From contig OZ024742.1 of NCBI GenBank assembly GCA_964016885.1, positions 300,018,001-300,082,000 of the forward strand: 64,000 nt of DNA, given 5' to 3'. The translations under genes were made by a program, and so were the position numbers. The stretch's first letter is position 1, and every line of letters begins with the position of its first letter. Source of the DNA: Eledone cirrhosa (Eukaryota). The notes beneath the pieces were generated by a model. The model was not told the origin of the DNA. It saw nothing but the letters and a program-made list of their open reading frames with translations, and made no database searches. Below are positions 1 through 12,986 of this stretch, one piece after another.

Positions 1-364
1 TATGCTCATATAAACTTTGGCATACTTTTAAACACCCACACACTAACATACACACACAAGTCTTTCCTCTTCTTGGGACCTCCGTCGGTTTCGACGATAA
101 GTGTTCAGGTTGTGCAATCAACGCAACAACCTGATCCTGAAATAACACGTTTACACTTTAACGTTTCTTATCGTACATCTTTATTATCGTAGAGAAGAGT
201 ACTCAGAACACAGGAAGTGTACACTGTTATATTAGTGGCTGTGATTATCTTATTATTCGATAAAATAAAACACCAGTAATATACTGGGGTCGATTTAATC
301 GACATTCCCCTCCCCAAAAGTTGTTGGCTCTGTGCCTAAATTAGAAACCATTATTTATTCCCAC

Positions 365-553
365 GGCGGTGGATTGGCAGTATCGGTAGAGGGTCGGGCG
401 ACATGCTTTGCAGCATAGAGTTACGGACTTTTACGGTCTGAGATCAAATCCCACCGAGGTTAACTTTGCCTTTCATCCTTACGGGTTCAATAAAATAAAG
501 TACCAGTAATGCACTGGGATAATTGCTGGCCTTGTTCCAAAAGTAGAAACATT
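365..553 (+). mobile_element. tRNA-derived SINE, family A (short variant)
   Basis: A-box-like TGGCAGTATCGG, B-box-like GAGATCAAATCC (GAGTTCAAATCC in other copies), central GCCTTTCATCCTTACGGG..ATAAAATAAAGTACCAG (resembles the Deu/Nin SINE domain, from recall), tail GCTGGCCTTGT..AGAAAC then ATT repeats. More than 20 copies in the window; a 3' half copy lies at about 258-355. Confidence 0.85.
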
Positions 554-900
554 ATTTTATTCACGCTTCCTTAGAAATCTTGTCTATGATAACAGCAGCT
601 ATCTGTATTCCCCTTTTGAGTTCTGGACCGAGGGGGACAGCTTTTGACGAACCATCGCCCCTAAGTGTTAATAGTGTTCCCTAGTGTATCATACTACCTT
701 ACTACAGAATATATCGACAGATTTTAAGCCAATCCATGATTGAAATAAATCCAGTTGATCCCCTCATTTTAAGTTTTTGAAGATATTGAACATACAGGCA
801 AGGTGTTTGCATCAGTCTATACATATAATACTGACTTCAAATCTATACATGTGTTTTCTAGTCAAACATTCTCGGGATATTTCACCTTTAAAACAGCGGT

Positions 901-990
<90 letters not shown>

Positions 991-1005
991 AATATATATA
1001 TATAT

Positions 1006-1036
<31 letters not shown>

Positions 1037-1039
1037 CAA

Positions 1040-1092
<53 letters not shown>

Positions 1093-1124
1093 TGTGTGTG
1101 TGTGTGTGTGTATATAAGTTTATA

Positions 1125-1297
1125 CCGGGTTCAATCGGGGGTAACCACAGTAAGTAAGGTACTCAATACATAGCAGAGTATAAATATTTAATATAGAAAT
1201 TACTTCTACAGGACTAGAACTGTTTCATTCGGAAGAAATCATCAGGGCTTCCTGATTATTTCTCCCGAATGAAACAATTCTAGTCCTCTAGAAGCCA
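1125..1297 (-). mobile_element. PLE-derived fold-back mini-element with hammerhead-like core
   Basis: Palindrome 1203-1294. Minus strand reads CTGATGA-TTTC TTCC GAAT-GAAAC AGTTCTA GTC. Tail CCACAGTAA.TAAGGTACTCAATACAT is shared with 25945-25970. Flanked by microsatellites. Confidence 0.65.
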
Positions 1298-1307
1298 GTT
1301 ATATATA

Positions 1308-1353
<46 letters not shown>

Positions 1354-1357
<4 letters not shown>

Positions 1358-1504
1358 TGTAAGTATAGTATATTTGGCAATATAATGTATGTTTAATTAA
1401 AAACATTTAGAAGACCATTCGAAATCAGTTTTAAAGTAGTGACTATATCACTTACTTATTTTCAGCGAAATGTATACATCGCTATTTCAGAGCACCAATA
1501 CTAA
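1354..1504 (+). mobile_element. Internally deleted copy of the 27282-27766 fold-back element
   Basis: Matches the left arm (GAATGTA.GTATAG..ATTTGGCAATAT) and the tail (TGTATACATCGCTATTTCAGAGCACCAAT) of that element; (TA)n on both sides. Confidence 0.75.
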
Positions 1505-1510
1505 TATATA

Positions 1511-1591
<81 letters not shown>

Positions 1592-1701
1592 GTAATAATA
1601 ATAAATTCGAAGACTAAAATCCAAAGAGGGCTCGATAAGGATAAATATATATCAAGTATAAACTTTAATTTGTTATTTTAATAAATATATATATATATAT
1701 A

Positions 1702-2844
1702 CAATGATATTAAATAAATGGAAACTATATTTATAAAACCATATTTATTTTATTATATATATTTCAAGGGCACCAAAACACATTGGTACGCTTTCCTCAT
1801 AAAATACAAAGTTTGTTTTATAAATAGAGACATACCCATGAAAATCATACTTTATCGGTTGGTTATTCTCTGGATAGTGGAAATATATTAGGGATTTTTC
1901 AAACTTATGGGTGAATATGCAAATGAATATGTAAATAATTGAAAAACAACCGTTTATTTAAACGACTATGGAGAGAAAGAGAAGAGAGAAGAGGAGAAGG
2001 ATAAAATAGTGCGAGAGAGAGGGAGAGAGAAGAAAGAAAAAAGGGAAGATGAATTAAAAACTCATATAACGTTAATTAGAGGGAAATACATTCTAAGTAT
2101 ATATCTTAATAGTAAGTGTATTTACGATTATTAGTTGTTTAAAATTTGTTTATAATATATTTTTCTTCTGTTATAAGTAGATAAATAAATAAATAAATAA
2201 ATAAATAAATAGATGGGATGGGTATATCTTGTTATAGATAATTGTTCTAATGAGTTATGAGGATATTGGTTTTGTATTTTATGTAAATAAATATTAAGTT
2301 AAATTAAATTAACTGAGTTATGAAGAATATTTATATTTATATGATTGAAAATGGGAAGATACGGACAAAACTCCTGTTTAATTTATTTATTCGTTAGTGT
2401 GAGACTATTTGGTCAAAATAAGTATAGATGTTGAAGATACATTTAGCCAGAATCAGTTAGTGGTTATAAATCTATTGAAAAAATATTGAAAAAATATTGA
2501 GAAAGTATTGAAAAAAAATATTGAAAAAGTATTGAAAAATATTGAAAAATTTTAGAAAAACTTTTTTTTTAAATAATTTATAAGAGATAAGTAATTTTTA
2601 AAGAAATAAAAATTATTAAAATTAAAATAAAAAAAAAAACTAGAATTATATGGGTATATATTTTATGAAACCTTAAGAAGTGTAATTACAGGAAATGTTA
2701 TAGATATTATGATTTAGAGATATCAATATATTAAAACCAAGTGGATGAGATTGTTATGGAAATAAGTAGAAATATTATAAGTATAATTATATAGTTCTGA
2801 ATGTTGAATTCTGGCGATGTCTACAAGAATTAAATAAATTCGTT

Positions 2845-2848
<4 letters not shown>
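1702..2848 (-). mobile_element. Decayed PLE-related segment
   Basis: 1716-1810 is homologous to the hammerhead-bearing arm at 38013-38107, with a degenerate core. The remaining AT-rich ~1 kb has no readable ORF and is assigned only by adjacency. Confidence 0.4.
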
Positions 2849-2882
<34 letters not shown>

Positions 2883-2885
<3 letters not shown>

Positions 2886-4199
2886 GGTGCGGACGGTATT
2901 TGAGGACAGATTTATGGTTTTTAAAAAACGCTTACATATAAACAGAAAAAAAATGTATAAAAAATAACATAAACATAAAGCTAAATTATCAATTTAATAA
3001 TTTCATTCAATAAAACCACCATGAGCATCAATAACTACCTCTACGTATGGTTGAAATCGTTTACAAGCTCGGATTAAGTGGTCCTTGTTCATATCGGACA
3101 GACTCGAACTATTTCGGCTTTCAAAGAATCTTTGGTGCTATAGGGGTGTTCATTGACATTTTTCTCAACAATGCGCCATACATATTAGTCCAGTGGATTG
3201 AGATCTGGAGAATTAGGAGGCCAAATGTTGGGGGTGATGTGATCATGCAAATTGTCAGCCATCCATTCTTGTGTCATTTGAGCCTTGTGTGATGGTGCAG
3301 AATCTTGTTGAAAGACATGAGGCCTTCCATTGCATACACTGTTGATTCAAGGCTTAACAACTTTATCCAGAACTTTGATATACGCAGCAATATTCACCCT
3401 ATGGCCTTGTGGAAAAAAGTGGGGAGGATCACATGTACTTCATTGCTAACAACACCCAAAACCATGACACTTGCAGGAAATTTTGTGTGCATTACTATTG
3501 GAACCTCAGAAGAGTCTGCACATAGCCACCTGTCATTTCTTCTGTTAGTTTTCTGGTCCTGGTCAAAGGTTTTTCTCATCTGAGAAAAACCAAATCACAC
3601 CATCTTCTGATGGATTTTTAAGTTTGTTCAAAAGTCTTTTGGATCTGATTAAACGATTTTCTTTTGTTTTTTCTGACATGAATTGACCTCTCATCACGTA
3701 AGATTTGTATCTGATGTCTTCATGCGCAACATTTCTGATTGTTTTTTCTGACACACTAAAATTTTTTGCAATTGACCTCAATGATTTTCCTGGATTGTCA
3801 CCAATATTTTGCTTAACTTCCTGAATAAATTCAGATTGTCCTGATAGAATCAGAGCATTTGGAATGTCTTTTTACGTTTTGATACAGGTAATACGTTTCC
3901 ATCTTCTTTCTCTAACTCACACCGAATCTTGTAGACAAAAGATCTTGCAGCTTTCAGAAAATGAGAAATTTCTAAATCAGCATGCTTAGCCTTCAAAGCC
4001 ACAATCACAACAGGCCTTTTCATTTCATTAGTAAGCATAGTTATTTTCATTGTTATTTTCTGAAATAGAAGTTCAATAAAAATTAGTCAAATAAAATAAT
4101 TGTTTCTACTTTAGGCACAAGGCAAGCAATTACCCAGTACATTACTGGTACTTTATATTATCGACCCCGTAAGGATGAAAGGCAAAGTTATCTGCACCC

Positions 4200-4201
<2 letters not shown>
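2883..4201 (-). mobile_element. Tc1/mariner superfamily DD37D (maT) transposon, inactive
   Basis: Ends CAGGGTGC (2883) and GCACCCTG (4201) in (TA)n context. A SINE fragment (about 4100-4188) replaces most of one end. Confidence 0.9.
3000..4050 (-). pseudogene. DD37D transposase pseudogene
   Basis: Motifs IWFFSDEK, KFPASVMVLGVVS and FQQDSAPSH...WPPNSPDLNPLD*, with 37 residues counted between the 2nd and 3rd Asp; several frameshifts and stops. Confidence 0.92.
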
Positions 4202-4236
<35 letters not shown>

Positions 4237-4413
4237 TTACGGTAAACATTCATGCAATTCAATTCGGGCACTCAATGTACTTTTCCACATAGGAGTGACG
4301 GAATATATTTAGAATAAAGGGAGAAGTCTTCAAGAACATCACCGTTGGATCACCGTTGGATCACCGTTGGATCACCTCGAGAACGCAACCTTTTTGTGTA
4401 AGATGTGTAAGAT

Positions 4414-4488
4414 GCTGTCTGATGAGATCATGGCACTGGGTACGTGGAATCGCATCGCCACTGTCGTCATTAAAATATGTATCACGGC
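4414..4488 (+). ncRNA. Type I hammerhead motif, G12 apparently mutated to A, in mini-element about 4236-4541
   Basis: Stem I GCTGT/ACGGC; CTGATGA; stem II ATGGCA.TGG/CCA.TGTCGT; AAAA TATGTA TC; AATAAA follows at about 4495. Confidence 0.65.
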
Positions 4489-4541
4489 CTTATCAATAAA
4501 GGATTTTAACATCTGAAACTACTTCGCATTTTCTTATTCTA

Positions 4542-4604
<63 letters not shown>

Positions 4605-4606
4605 AT

Positions 4607-5094
4607 CCTTCAAAGACGAGGGAGGGCGGTTTTTCTATGTGTTATGGCTATGGTAAAAGAGGTGGACGAGGTTAAAAGGGCTGAGGTCAGACACCTTTCT
4701 CTCCGGCGAGCAACTGATTCGTTTTTTCAAATATCATTTTAGAAGAAGAATGAGGATGGAGAAAGAGGTGCTGTATCCCAGCAAATTTTATAAAAGGTGG
4801 GTGAATGTGGCAAAGATGGCCCGAGTGGTTGGGCCTTCTCTCTATATAAGCCTGTAGGTGGAGGAAAAAGAGGAAGAGAGGAAGGGAGTACTCACTCTTG
4901 GTGCTCCTGGAGATGAGAGGTGTACATTTTTTCGGGGTGTGTACAACCCCTGTGTAACACCCCCCCCCCCTATTGGTGATTTCAATTGTTATTAGTTTTT
5001 TTATTAATAGTTTTATTTTCATATACCTGTATGTAAACTCCCCATTTGTATTTGTCCCCTTCTTTTGTGCCCTTGTGGCTAATAAAGAAATTTA
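4607..5094 (+). mobile_element. 5'-truncated L1/Tx1-like LINE (ORF2 C-terminus and 3' UTR)
   Basis: Frameshifted peptide WTRLKGLRSDTFLSGEQLIRFFKYHFRRRMRMEKEVL..F..RW; ends TGTGGCTAATAAAGAAA against a microsatellite. Related tails at 20962-21015 (-) and 52625-52912 (-). Confidence 0.55.
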
Positions 5095-5130
<36 letters not shown>

Positions 5131-5132
<2 letters not shown>

Positions 5133-5339
5133 AAAAAGTATGACCCCGACGGCAGAGCTCAAGCCGTTTCGACGGCTATTTCAGGACTAGAAATAGCCAT
5201 CGTATCCAGAAATAGCCGTCGAAACGGCTTGAGCTCTGCCGTCGGGGTCATACATTTTCCTATTTCCCACTATACTACTCTAAGTATTGAGTACTCTGGT
5301 GCGTTATGGTCCATCTGGTTCCTTACCACATTTCCTTTG

Positions 5340-5341
<2 letters not shown>
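5131..5341 (+). mobile_element. Fold-back mini-element family B (3' half hammerhead duplicated in inverted orientation)
   Basis: Palindrome 5131-5262 with arm TAGCCGTC-GAAAC GGC ttgagctct GCC GTC-GGGGTC; tail containing TTGAGTAC; (TA)n flanks; four copies in the window. Confidence 0.8.
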
Positions 5342-5382
<41 letters not shown>

Positions 5383-5853
5383 CACATGTTATATTCATAT
5401 AACAAGTGTTTATGTAACAGGTATGTAATTTACGAGAAGTACAAGACTAAAAAAATGCTAAATTATCAGCTAATTTTCCAATAACAGTAGATGAAGGCTG
5501 GATATATAAGAGACATGATAAATACTTCTAGCAACCAATCTATGTTTACACAGAAGTGTATGTGCATCATACGTGCCAGGAATATATAGTTGGAGATTAA
5601 ACTTATTGATTTCTCTGATGGTTTATTAAGAGTAACGTGAAGGTTTCGGAGAATGATTAGATAAATACTAAGCTATTGTTTAGCCTAGCTCAGCCCTGGT
5701 TAACTATGCTTATAACAAAAGTTGTTTCAGCCATGTTATTTTTGCTTCATTATCATTATTATTATTGTTTTTTATTCAAGCAAGTTGTATTTTTATTATC
5801 TCAACCTCTACCGAGTTTCGCGTTTTTTAAAAGACCGTAAGGTGTAATTTGTA

Positions 5854-6010
5854 GGCGGCGAATTGGCAGAGTCGTTAGAACGTCGGATAGAATGCCTTTT
5901 TGTATTCATTTCGGCTCTCTGATCTCTGAGTTCAAATCTCGCCGAGGTCACCTTGCCTTTCCTCCATTCATGGTCGAAAGAAAAAGCACCAATCAAGTAC
6001 TGGGGTCAAT
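5854..6010 (+). mobile_element. SINE family A, diverged
   Basis: GGCGGCGAATTGGCAGA..GAGTTCAAATC..GCCTTTCCTCC. Confidence 0.75.
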
Positions 6011-6534
6011 TCTTCCTTTATATCTCTTTCTCGCTTCCTTTCTCTTACTCTCTTTATCCTTCTCTGGAAGAAATCTACTGTATTCAGGCCTGGAGAGAAG
6101 ATGGACTCATCCATGTTTAAAACATGCCCTAGAACGCCGTATGTCAATATGGCGCCTCTACGACTCCTTTAGGAGTTACGGGTTCTTACCATACCAAGGC
6201 GTAATTTGAAGAAGATTTGGCTGCTACTTCTAGCAGGTCGAATGATTTCACTCAATCTCCTTCGTTGACTCGTTTTGTCGAATGGTTGAGACAGTTGATT
6301 CCTCTATTTCTCAATATCTCACCGTTTATATCAGCTCCCCTCTCTTTGATATTATATATAAAGATAACGATTTATTGCGTTCCAACATTGTTTATTTGTA
6401 GGATAGTGAGGTAGTTTTATAAATTGAATCCCAGAACATATTTGGTATTTATTTAGTATCTATCAAACTCAGTATTTATCAAGCTCGGAAGGTGGAAAGG
6501 TAAAGCCGATACCGGTATTCTCGGAACATAGAGT

Positions 6535-7000
6535 CACTAAGCGAGCCTTTATATGAGCCAACGAAGGAGTATGTATATGAACCAAATAAGGAATCATAAC
6601 GTGAACCGCTTAGGGAGCATTATGTGAAACAGTCTGTACACGAAGCAACGAGGAAGCTTATATGTGAATCTGTGGAGGAACCTGTAGAGTATCATCAATG
6701 AAGTCTGAACGGGGTCAACAAAGAAGCTTGTCCGTGAATCAACGAGGGAGTGGAGCAAACAGGGGATTGTAAGTAATCGTACGACCCGCAACGGGATACA
6801 AGGAAACCTGTACGTGATCAACAAATAAACTTCTACGAGAACTTCTACGAGGGGGCCTGTGAGTGAGCCGTCGAGGGAACTTGTAGGTGAGCGAACGTGT
6901 GAGCCTAAAGTTGAGACAACGAGGAGGCATGTACATGTACCAATGAGAGGGAGGCGCTATGGGAGCCAACGAGGAAACTTGTATGTGAGCCAACGAGAGA
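6535..7000. repeat. Degenerate ~24-bp minisatellite
   Basis: Recurring RTGARCCAACGAGGRARCTTGTAT-like unit. Confidence 0.6.
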
Positions 7001-7639
7001 GAAAATCTCAACTAGCAAAAGGTACATCTTCATTGAGCTAATCGCTCTGATATAACGAGTGGCGGCGACCACACCACCACTACATATACTACTCGTATCT
7101 AGAACAGATACTGCTGGAATATCTTTAGTCATAGCATGATCAATAGGCTGGAGACGGATGAGTCCCAGGAAACGAATATTTCAGTGGTGACAGGAGAGTG
7201 CAATGTGTTACCAGACAATATTTAAATACAATAAGCTAATTATAGAAAAGTTTCTTAAGGTCAACTGTTTGGAGGAATGAAGCAGTTAAGTTTTCAGGCT
7301 TTTTCCCTTGACGTAAAAGAGAAACTGGTTCGTCGCTTTGGCTCTGAGCCAGCAAAAGATCTATATCTTAATGGAACGAGAATGGTATTTTCTGACATTC
7401 ATACCTTTTCCAAAATATTAAAAAATTATAAGCTAACTATAAGTGGGTCTCATTACGAACACTAACGTAAAACGGAAGATTGAATTGCTATCATAACATG
7501 TATGTGATGAGTGTTCCAGGATTGAAGCCGAGATCTAATGTTTGAATTTATTAGCCACTCAACCAAGTTACATCAACACATACACAGCAGCCCCCACGCA
7601 CATACGCGCTACTCACACACGCTACACACACGCTACACT

Positions 7640-7859
<220 letters not shown>

Positions 7860-7954
7860 TAAATACATATAATAAACAACTTGAGAATATATGTGTATGT
7901 ATATAAATATATATATATATATATATAGATGTACTAGTATATATATATATATAT

Positions 7955-8466
7955 AGATGTACTAGTTTCAAGCTAATTTCGTTTCATTTTTTCGTTTCAT
8001 TTTTTCCATTTATCGTTTTCAGTGCCCCCGGCCGATTAACTCACTCGATATGTAAATTAGGCTACTCAGCCGTTAAGATGCATAAGGAAAGTATATACTT
8101 TCAGACGTTCAATCATCTGGCAGGAAAGTATACGGTGCTGACGATAGCTAATAAGCTTGAAACTAGTACATCGTTCCTTTGTCAGTGTTGAACTAAAGGG
8201 CAACGATGGTTGCTAAACACTGTACGGCTTAATTCGGGATGTTTCTTTACAAACAAACCGAGCATTATAATAAATGTTCGGTAAATCCATACGTACATAT
8301 ATATATGTGTGTGCATGTATGTATATATATACATACTGCTGTACGTCTGTATACATATATGTATGTACGTATACAAACTTATATATATTATACTCTGCTC
8401 TGTAAGAGCCTCGAGTGTTCAAACGACCTACAGCTTACGGACGCTTTAAACATCCCACAACAATTA
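7955..8466 (+). mobile_element. Hammerhead-bearing mini-element family C
   Basis: Homologous to the reverse complement of 26745-27104. Begins with an inverted half ribozyme (GATGTACTAGTTTCAAGCT); (TA)n flanks. Confidence 0.8.
8132..8174 (+). ncRNA. Minimal type I hammerhead ribozyme, intact core
   Basis: ACGGTG-CTGACGA-tAGCTaataAGCTt-GAAA CTAG TA-CATCGT: 6-bp stem I and palindromic CTAG in place of helix III. Confidence 0.85.
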
Positions 8467-8493
8467 TAAATATATATATATATATATATATAT

Positions 8494-8593
8494 AGGAACG
8501 AGTAGGACCCCGTTCTATTACCCACTCTACTACCCTAAGTATTGAGTACTTTGTGCGTTATAGTCCACCTGGTTCCTTACCACATTTCCTCCG

Positions 8594-8595
<2 letters not shown>
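8494..8595 (+). mobile_element. Family B copy with the palindrome core deleted
   Basis: GGAACGAGTAGGACCCCG joined almost directly to the tail seen at 16758-16838 (reverse complement). Confidence 0.75.
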
Positions 8596-8636
<41 letters not shown>

Positions 8637-8651
8637 TATATAAATAAATAA

Positions 8652-8699
<48 letters not shown>

Positions 8700-8700
8700 G

Positions 8701-8801
<101 letters not shown>

Positions 8802-8847
8802 GTGTGTATATATATATAGTAATAATAATAAATTTGAAGACTAAAAT

Positions 8848-8918
<71 letters not shown>

Positions 8919-9827
8919 CACACACATTCTCACTTAATTTGTTTATTGAATAGCGTATCTGGCTCGAGAGGAATGTAGCGTGTCCTCTTTGCTTTTAATC
9001 TCTACTTTAATTATATTGTTTTCTTCATCTCGTCTTTCTTGTACGTTGGAGGTTTACAACGATAATCATCTGAGGGAAGCTCGTAAATATATTGCAATAG
9101 TCATCTTCAGGGACCCTCTGCTCTGTATGTTTAGATGTTTCTCATTTCCTTTTGAAATCATCTGCTGCTTCTGCTGTTGTTGTAGAGAAACGAAGCAATT
9201 CTCTATCATCAACAAAGTCCCATTGATATAAGCAACAATTATCATGTAATTGGTATATGTGTATATGTAGAATAGGATAGCTTAGTGTAATGTATTGCAG
9301 TGTAGTAGAGTGGAGGTAGTGGTGGTGCTGTCGGTGTTAATGATGGCTGTGGTTGTGGCGTTTGTGTTTGTGGCGGTGGTGGTGCTGGTGTTGGTGGTGC
9401 TGGTGCTGGTGGTATTTGTGACGGTGATAAGGGTACCGGTGGTGGTGGTTTAGCCAGCGAAATGTAATAATGATATTCCATGTGAGAATTGTGATAGTTA
9501 ATATCATAGCAGTTCTGTCGGCGAAGTTTTGTTAGTGGAGCATTGAAGATTTTGATGACATTGGTGGCTGTGCTAGTGATGTTTGTTAATGGTGATAATA
9601 ATAAAACTTTCAGTTATATATAGAAGATAGGAGTCATACCTATTTGACAATTGACTTGATCAGGCATCTGAAGCTACTATGTCGTGGAAAAGCCATCTAA
9701 AAACACATAAAAATTATTCCGCTGTGTCAAACATTTCGTTGCACCTCTGCTGTCTGGTCACTGACACAGTACCATTACAACTGTTTGTAACTTCTGGCAC
9801 TATAACACAAATGAAAAGTGAATATAT

Positions 9828-9923
<96 letters not shown>

Positions 9924-11004
9924 CTTAAATGGCTGAAATGGCTCCTCCTTGGTGTAATTACCCAGATAATATTTCGTTAATGTATTATTTCGTTGCTGAC
10001 TTTGTCGCTGTTGTTGTCATCGTCATCGTCATTATTGGCGTTGTCGCAGTAGTTTAGCCGCAGATCAACATTAAACCTTGATCAAGAAAGACATATGCTG
10101 TAGACCACACTCAGCTTTCTTTTCAAGACATAGTGCACCCCGTCTTACATTAACCAATGTGTGATTAAAAAGTATAGTGTAATTTGAGAAAGAGAGATTG
10201 ATAACCTGACACTGCAGAGCTTACAGAGCTTATCTGAATGCTTGCAACAAGGGTAACTCGTGTGAAGACACCCAACGGTCAGGTGGTGGTGTTAAAATGT
10301 GAGACCACCTTGAAGTAGCTCTGCTTTACTCTGTTCCTTTCTTTGGAGTTTGGTGATAAATTAACGAAGTCGGTAGAGGTTCGAATTAAGTGCCTCGGTA
10401 CATATTTATACCCTCTGCACATGAGTTCAAATCCCACCGAAGTAATCTTTGACTTTTGCCATTTCCAGGCTGATAAATAAAGTAAAAGTCAACAGGACAG
10501 TAGATTATTGGAATTATTTGAGAGTCGGACAAGAAGTTTTTCAGTATCTCTTTCGACTCTGCGTTTTGAGATGAAATCCCGCCTCTTGCCAGAAGTTGTG
10601 ATCAGCAGATATTATAAGCAATGGAAAGACAAATGAGAACATAGTTTCTTTTAACCGATCTGACGATCAGTTACTTTCCTTTCCTAGAGTTAAACCCCGA
10701 CTCCTTCCTTCTGGCACTGCGTGGATGTTTGGAAGATGCCTAGATTACTGTTACTGCCTTGTACGGTTGACAAAGACACTGGATGAGAGCTGATAAGGAA
10801 GCAGTATTCTGCAACACTAAATCAATGTTTAGGTTTATATCAGTGAGGTAGGGGAAGATCGGATGTAGGCAGAAGCTATCACCCACCTCACTTTTAATCA
10901 TCAAATGCAAAAATGAGACATTCTTTTTCTATCCCTTCTCTTTCTTGTATTCTGGAGAAGAAGGAACACTGGCAACGTGTCAGATAATGTATTGGTTCTG
11001 GTAT

Positions 11005-11050
11005 AGTGTGTGTTGTGGTATATATGTGTGTATGTATGTGTGTTTGTATC

Positions 11051-11121
<71 letters not shown>

Positions 11122-11144
11122 GTATGTATGCAGATATATATGTT

Positions 11145-11183
<39 letters not shown>

Positions 11184-11542
11184 TTATTTATATGTATTTT
11201 TATGAAATATGTATGTGTGTATGTATGTGTGTATGCATGCATGTATGTATGTGTGTAATGAGTGTGTATGTATGTATGTTTGAATGTGTATGTATATGTA
11301 TGTATGTGTATGTATGTATATATATATATGTATGTATATATATATATATGTATATAGTATATGTATGCGTGTATGTATGTATATATATAGCTATGTAGGT
11401 AAGTATGATTGTATGTGTATATAGATGCATGCATGTATGTATGAGTGTGTATGTATGAGTGTATGTACGTGTGTATGTATGTGTGTGTGTGTATGTGTGT
11501 GTGTGTGTGTGAGTGTGGGTGTGTGTGTGTATGTGTGTGTGT

Positions 11543-11573
<31 letters not shown>

Positions 11574-12467
11574 GAATAGGTATTGGTCGTATCAAGGCAG
11601 AATAAATGAAAAGGGGAAAATATTTTAAATGTTAGCAGTATGGCTAGAGAGAGGAAAGGAGAAGGTGAGAGAGAGAGAGAGAGAGAAGGTGAGAGAGAGA
11701 GGGGGGGAGAAAGCAAGAAAGAAAGAGAGAAAGACAGAAAGAAAGAATGAGAGACGGAGAGAAACAAAAAAAGAATGAAAGACAGAAAGAAAGAAAAACA
11801 GAAAGAGAGGAAGAAAGAAAGAAACAAAGAAAGAAACAAACAAACAAACAAACAAACAAACAAACAAAGAAAGATAGAAAGAAGGAAAAAGGGAAAGAAA
11901 GAAGGAAAGAAAGAAAGAAACAAAGAAAGAGAAAAGAGATAAAATGAACTTTGATGACGATAGAAGGATTATGGTGATGAGTATGATAATGATGATGATG
12001 ATGATGATGATGGTAGTGGTGGGAGTTGTATTGATGACGATGATGATGATGATGGTGGTGATGAAGATGGGGATGATGATGATGATGGTGGTTGTAGTAG
12101 TGGTAGTGGTCGAGATGAAGGTGGTGATGGTGATGGTGATGATGATGATGATGATGATAATGATGATGATGATTATTATTATTATTATTATTATATCATC
12201 ATCATCACCACCTTCATCACGACCACTACCACCACTACCACCACTACCACCACTACCACCACCATCATCATCATCATGCGATGGTAAGATAATGATCAAA
12301 GAATGATGAAAATAAAGAAAAGAGAAGATAACAAAATAAATGTAAATAACAAATTTCTGTCATTATTATCATTTTTTTGTCCTCATTATCTCAGCATTAT
12401 TGTGATAATCATCATCATCACCATCACCATCATCATCATCATAATCCTTCCATTGCCATCATTGTTT

Positions 12468-12501
<34 letters not shown>

Positions 12502-12574
12502 GTGTGTGTATATATATATATATATGTACATATATATATATATATATATATACATATATGTACATATATATATG

Positions 12575-12619
<45 letters not shown>

Positions 12620-12661
12620 CGTTTCTGAATTTGTTTAGCATGACCCTCCCAAAGTATAACA

Positions 12662-12694
<33 letters not shown>

Positions 12695-12778
12695 CACATA
12701 CATATATATATACCCACACACATATATATATATATAGATATTATATATATATATACATTTATACATATATATATATAT

Positions 12779-12811
<33 letters not shown>

Positions 12812-12937
12812 AATATATAAATATATATATATACACACACATAAACACATACATATATATAAATATACATATATACATATAAATATATATATATATATTT
12901 ATATATACATTTATATATATATATATAAATTTATATA

Positions 12938-12973
<36 letters not shown>

Positions 12974-12985
12974 TGTATGTATGTA
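11005..12985. repeat. Compound microsatellite field (TA, TATG, TG, GA, GAAA, GAT/GGT, CAT/CAC)
   Basis: Direct reading of simple repeats. Confidence 0.95.
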
Positions 12986-12986
12986 T

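Noticed and set aside
7277-7465. 62-aa ORF as a host exon
   Set aside because: No recognisable motif or supporting neighbouring exons; small host exons elsewhere cannot be excluded without RNA-seq.
9242-9481. Proline-rich ORF
   Set aside because: Degenerate (GGT)n repeat with no other coding evidence.
11625-12306. Met/Ile/Gly-Ser-rich ORFs
   Set aside because: Trinucleotide repeats (GAT, GGT, CAT, CAC).
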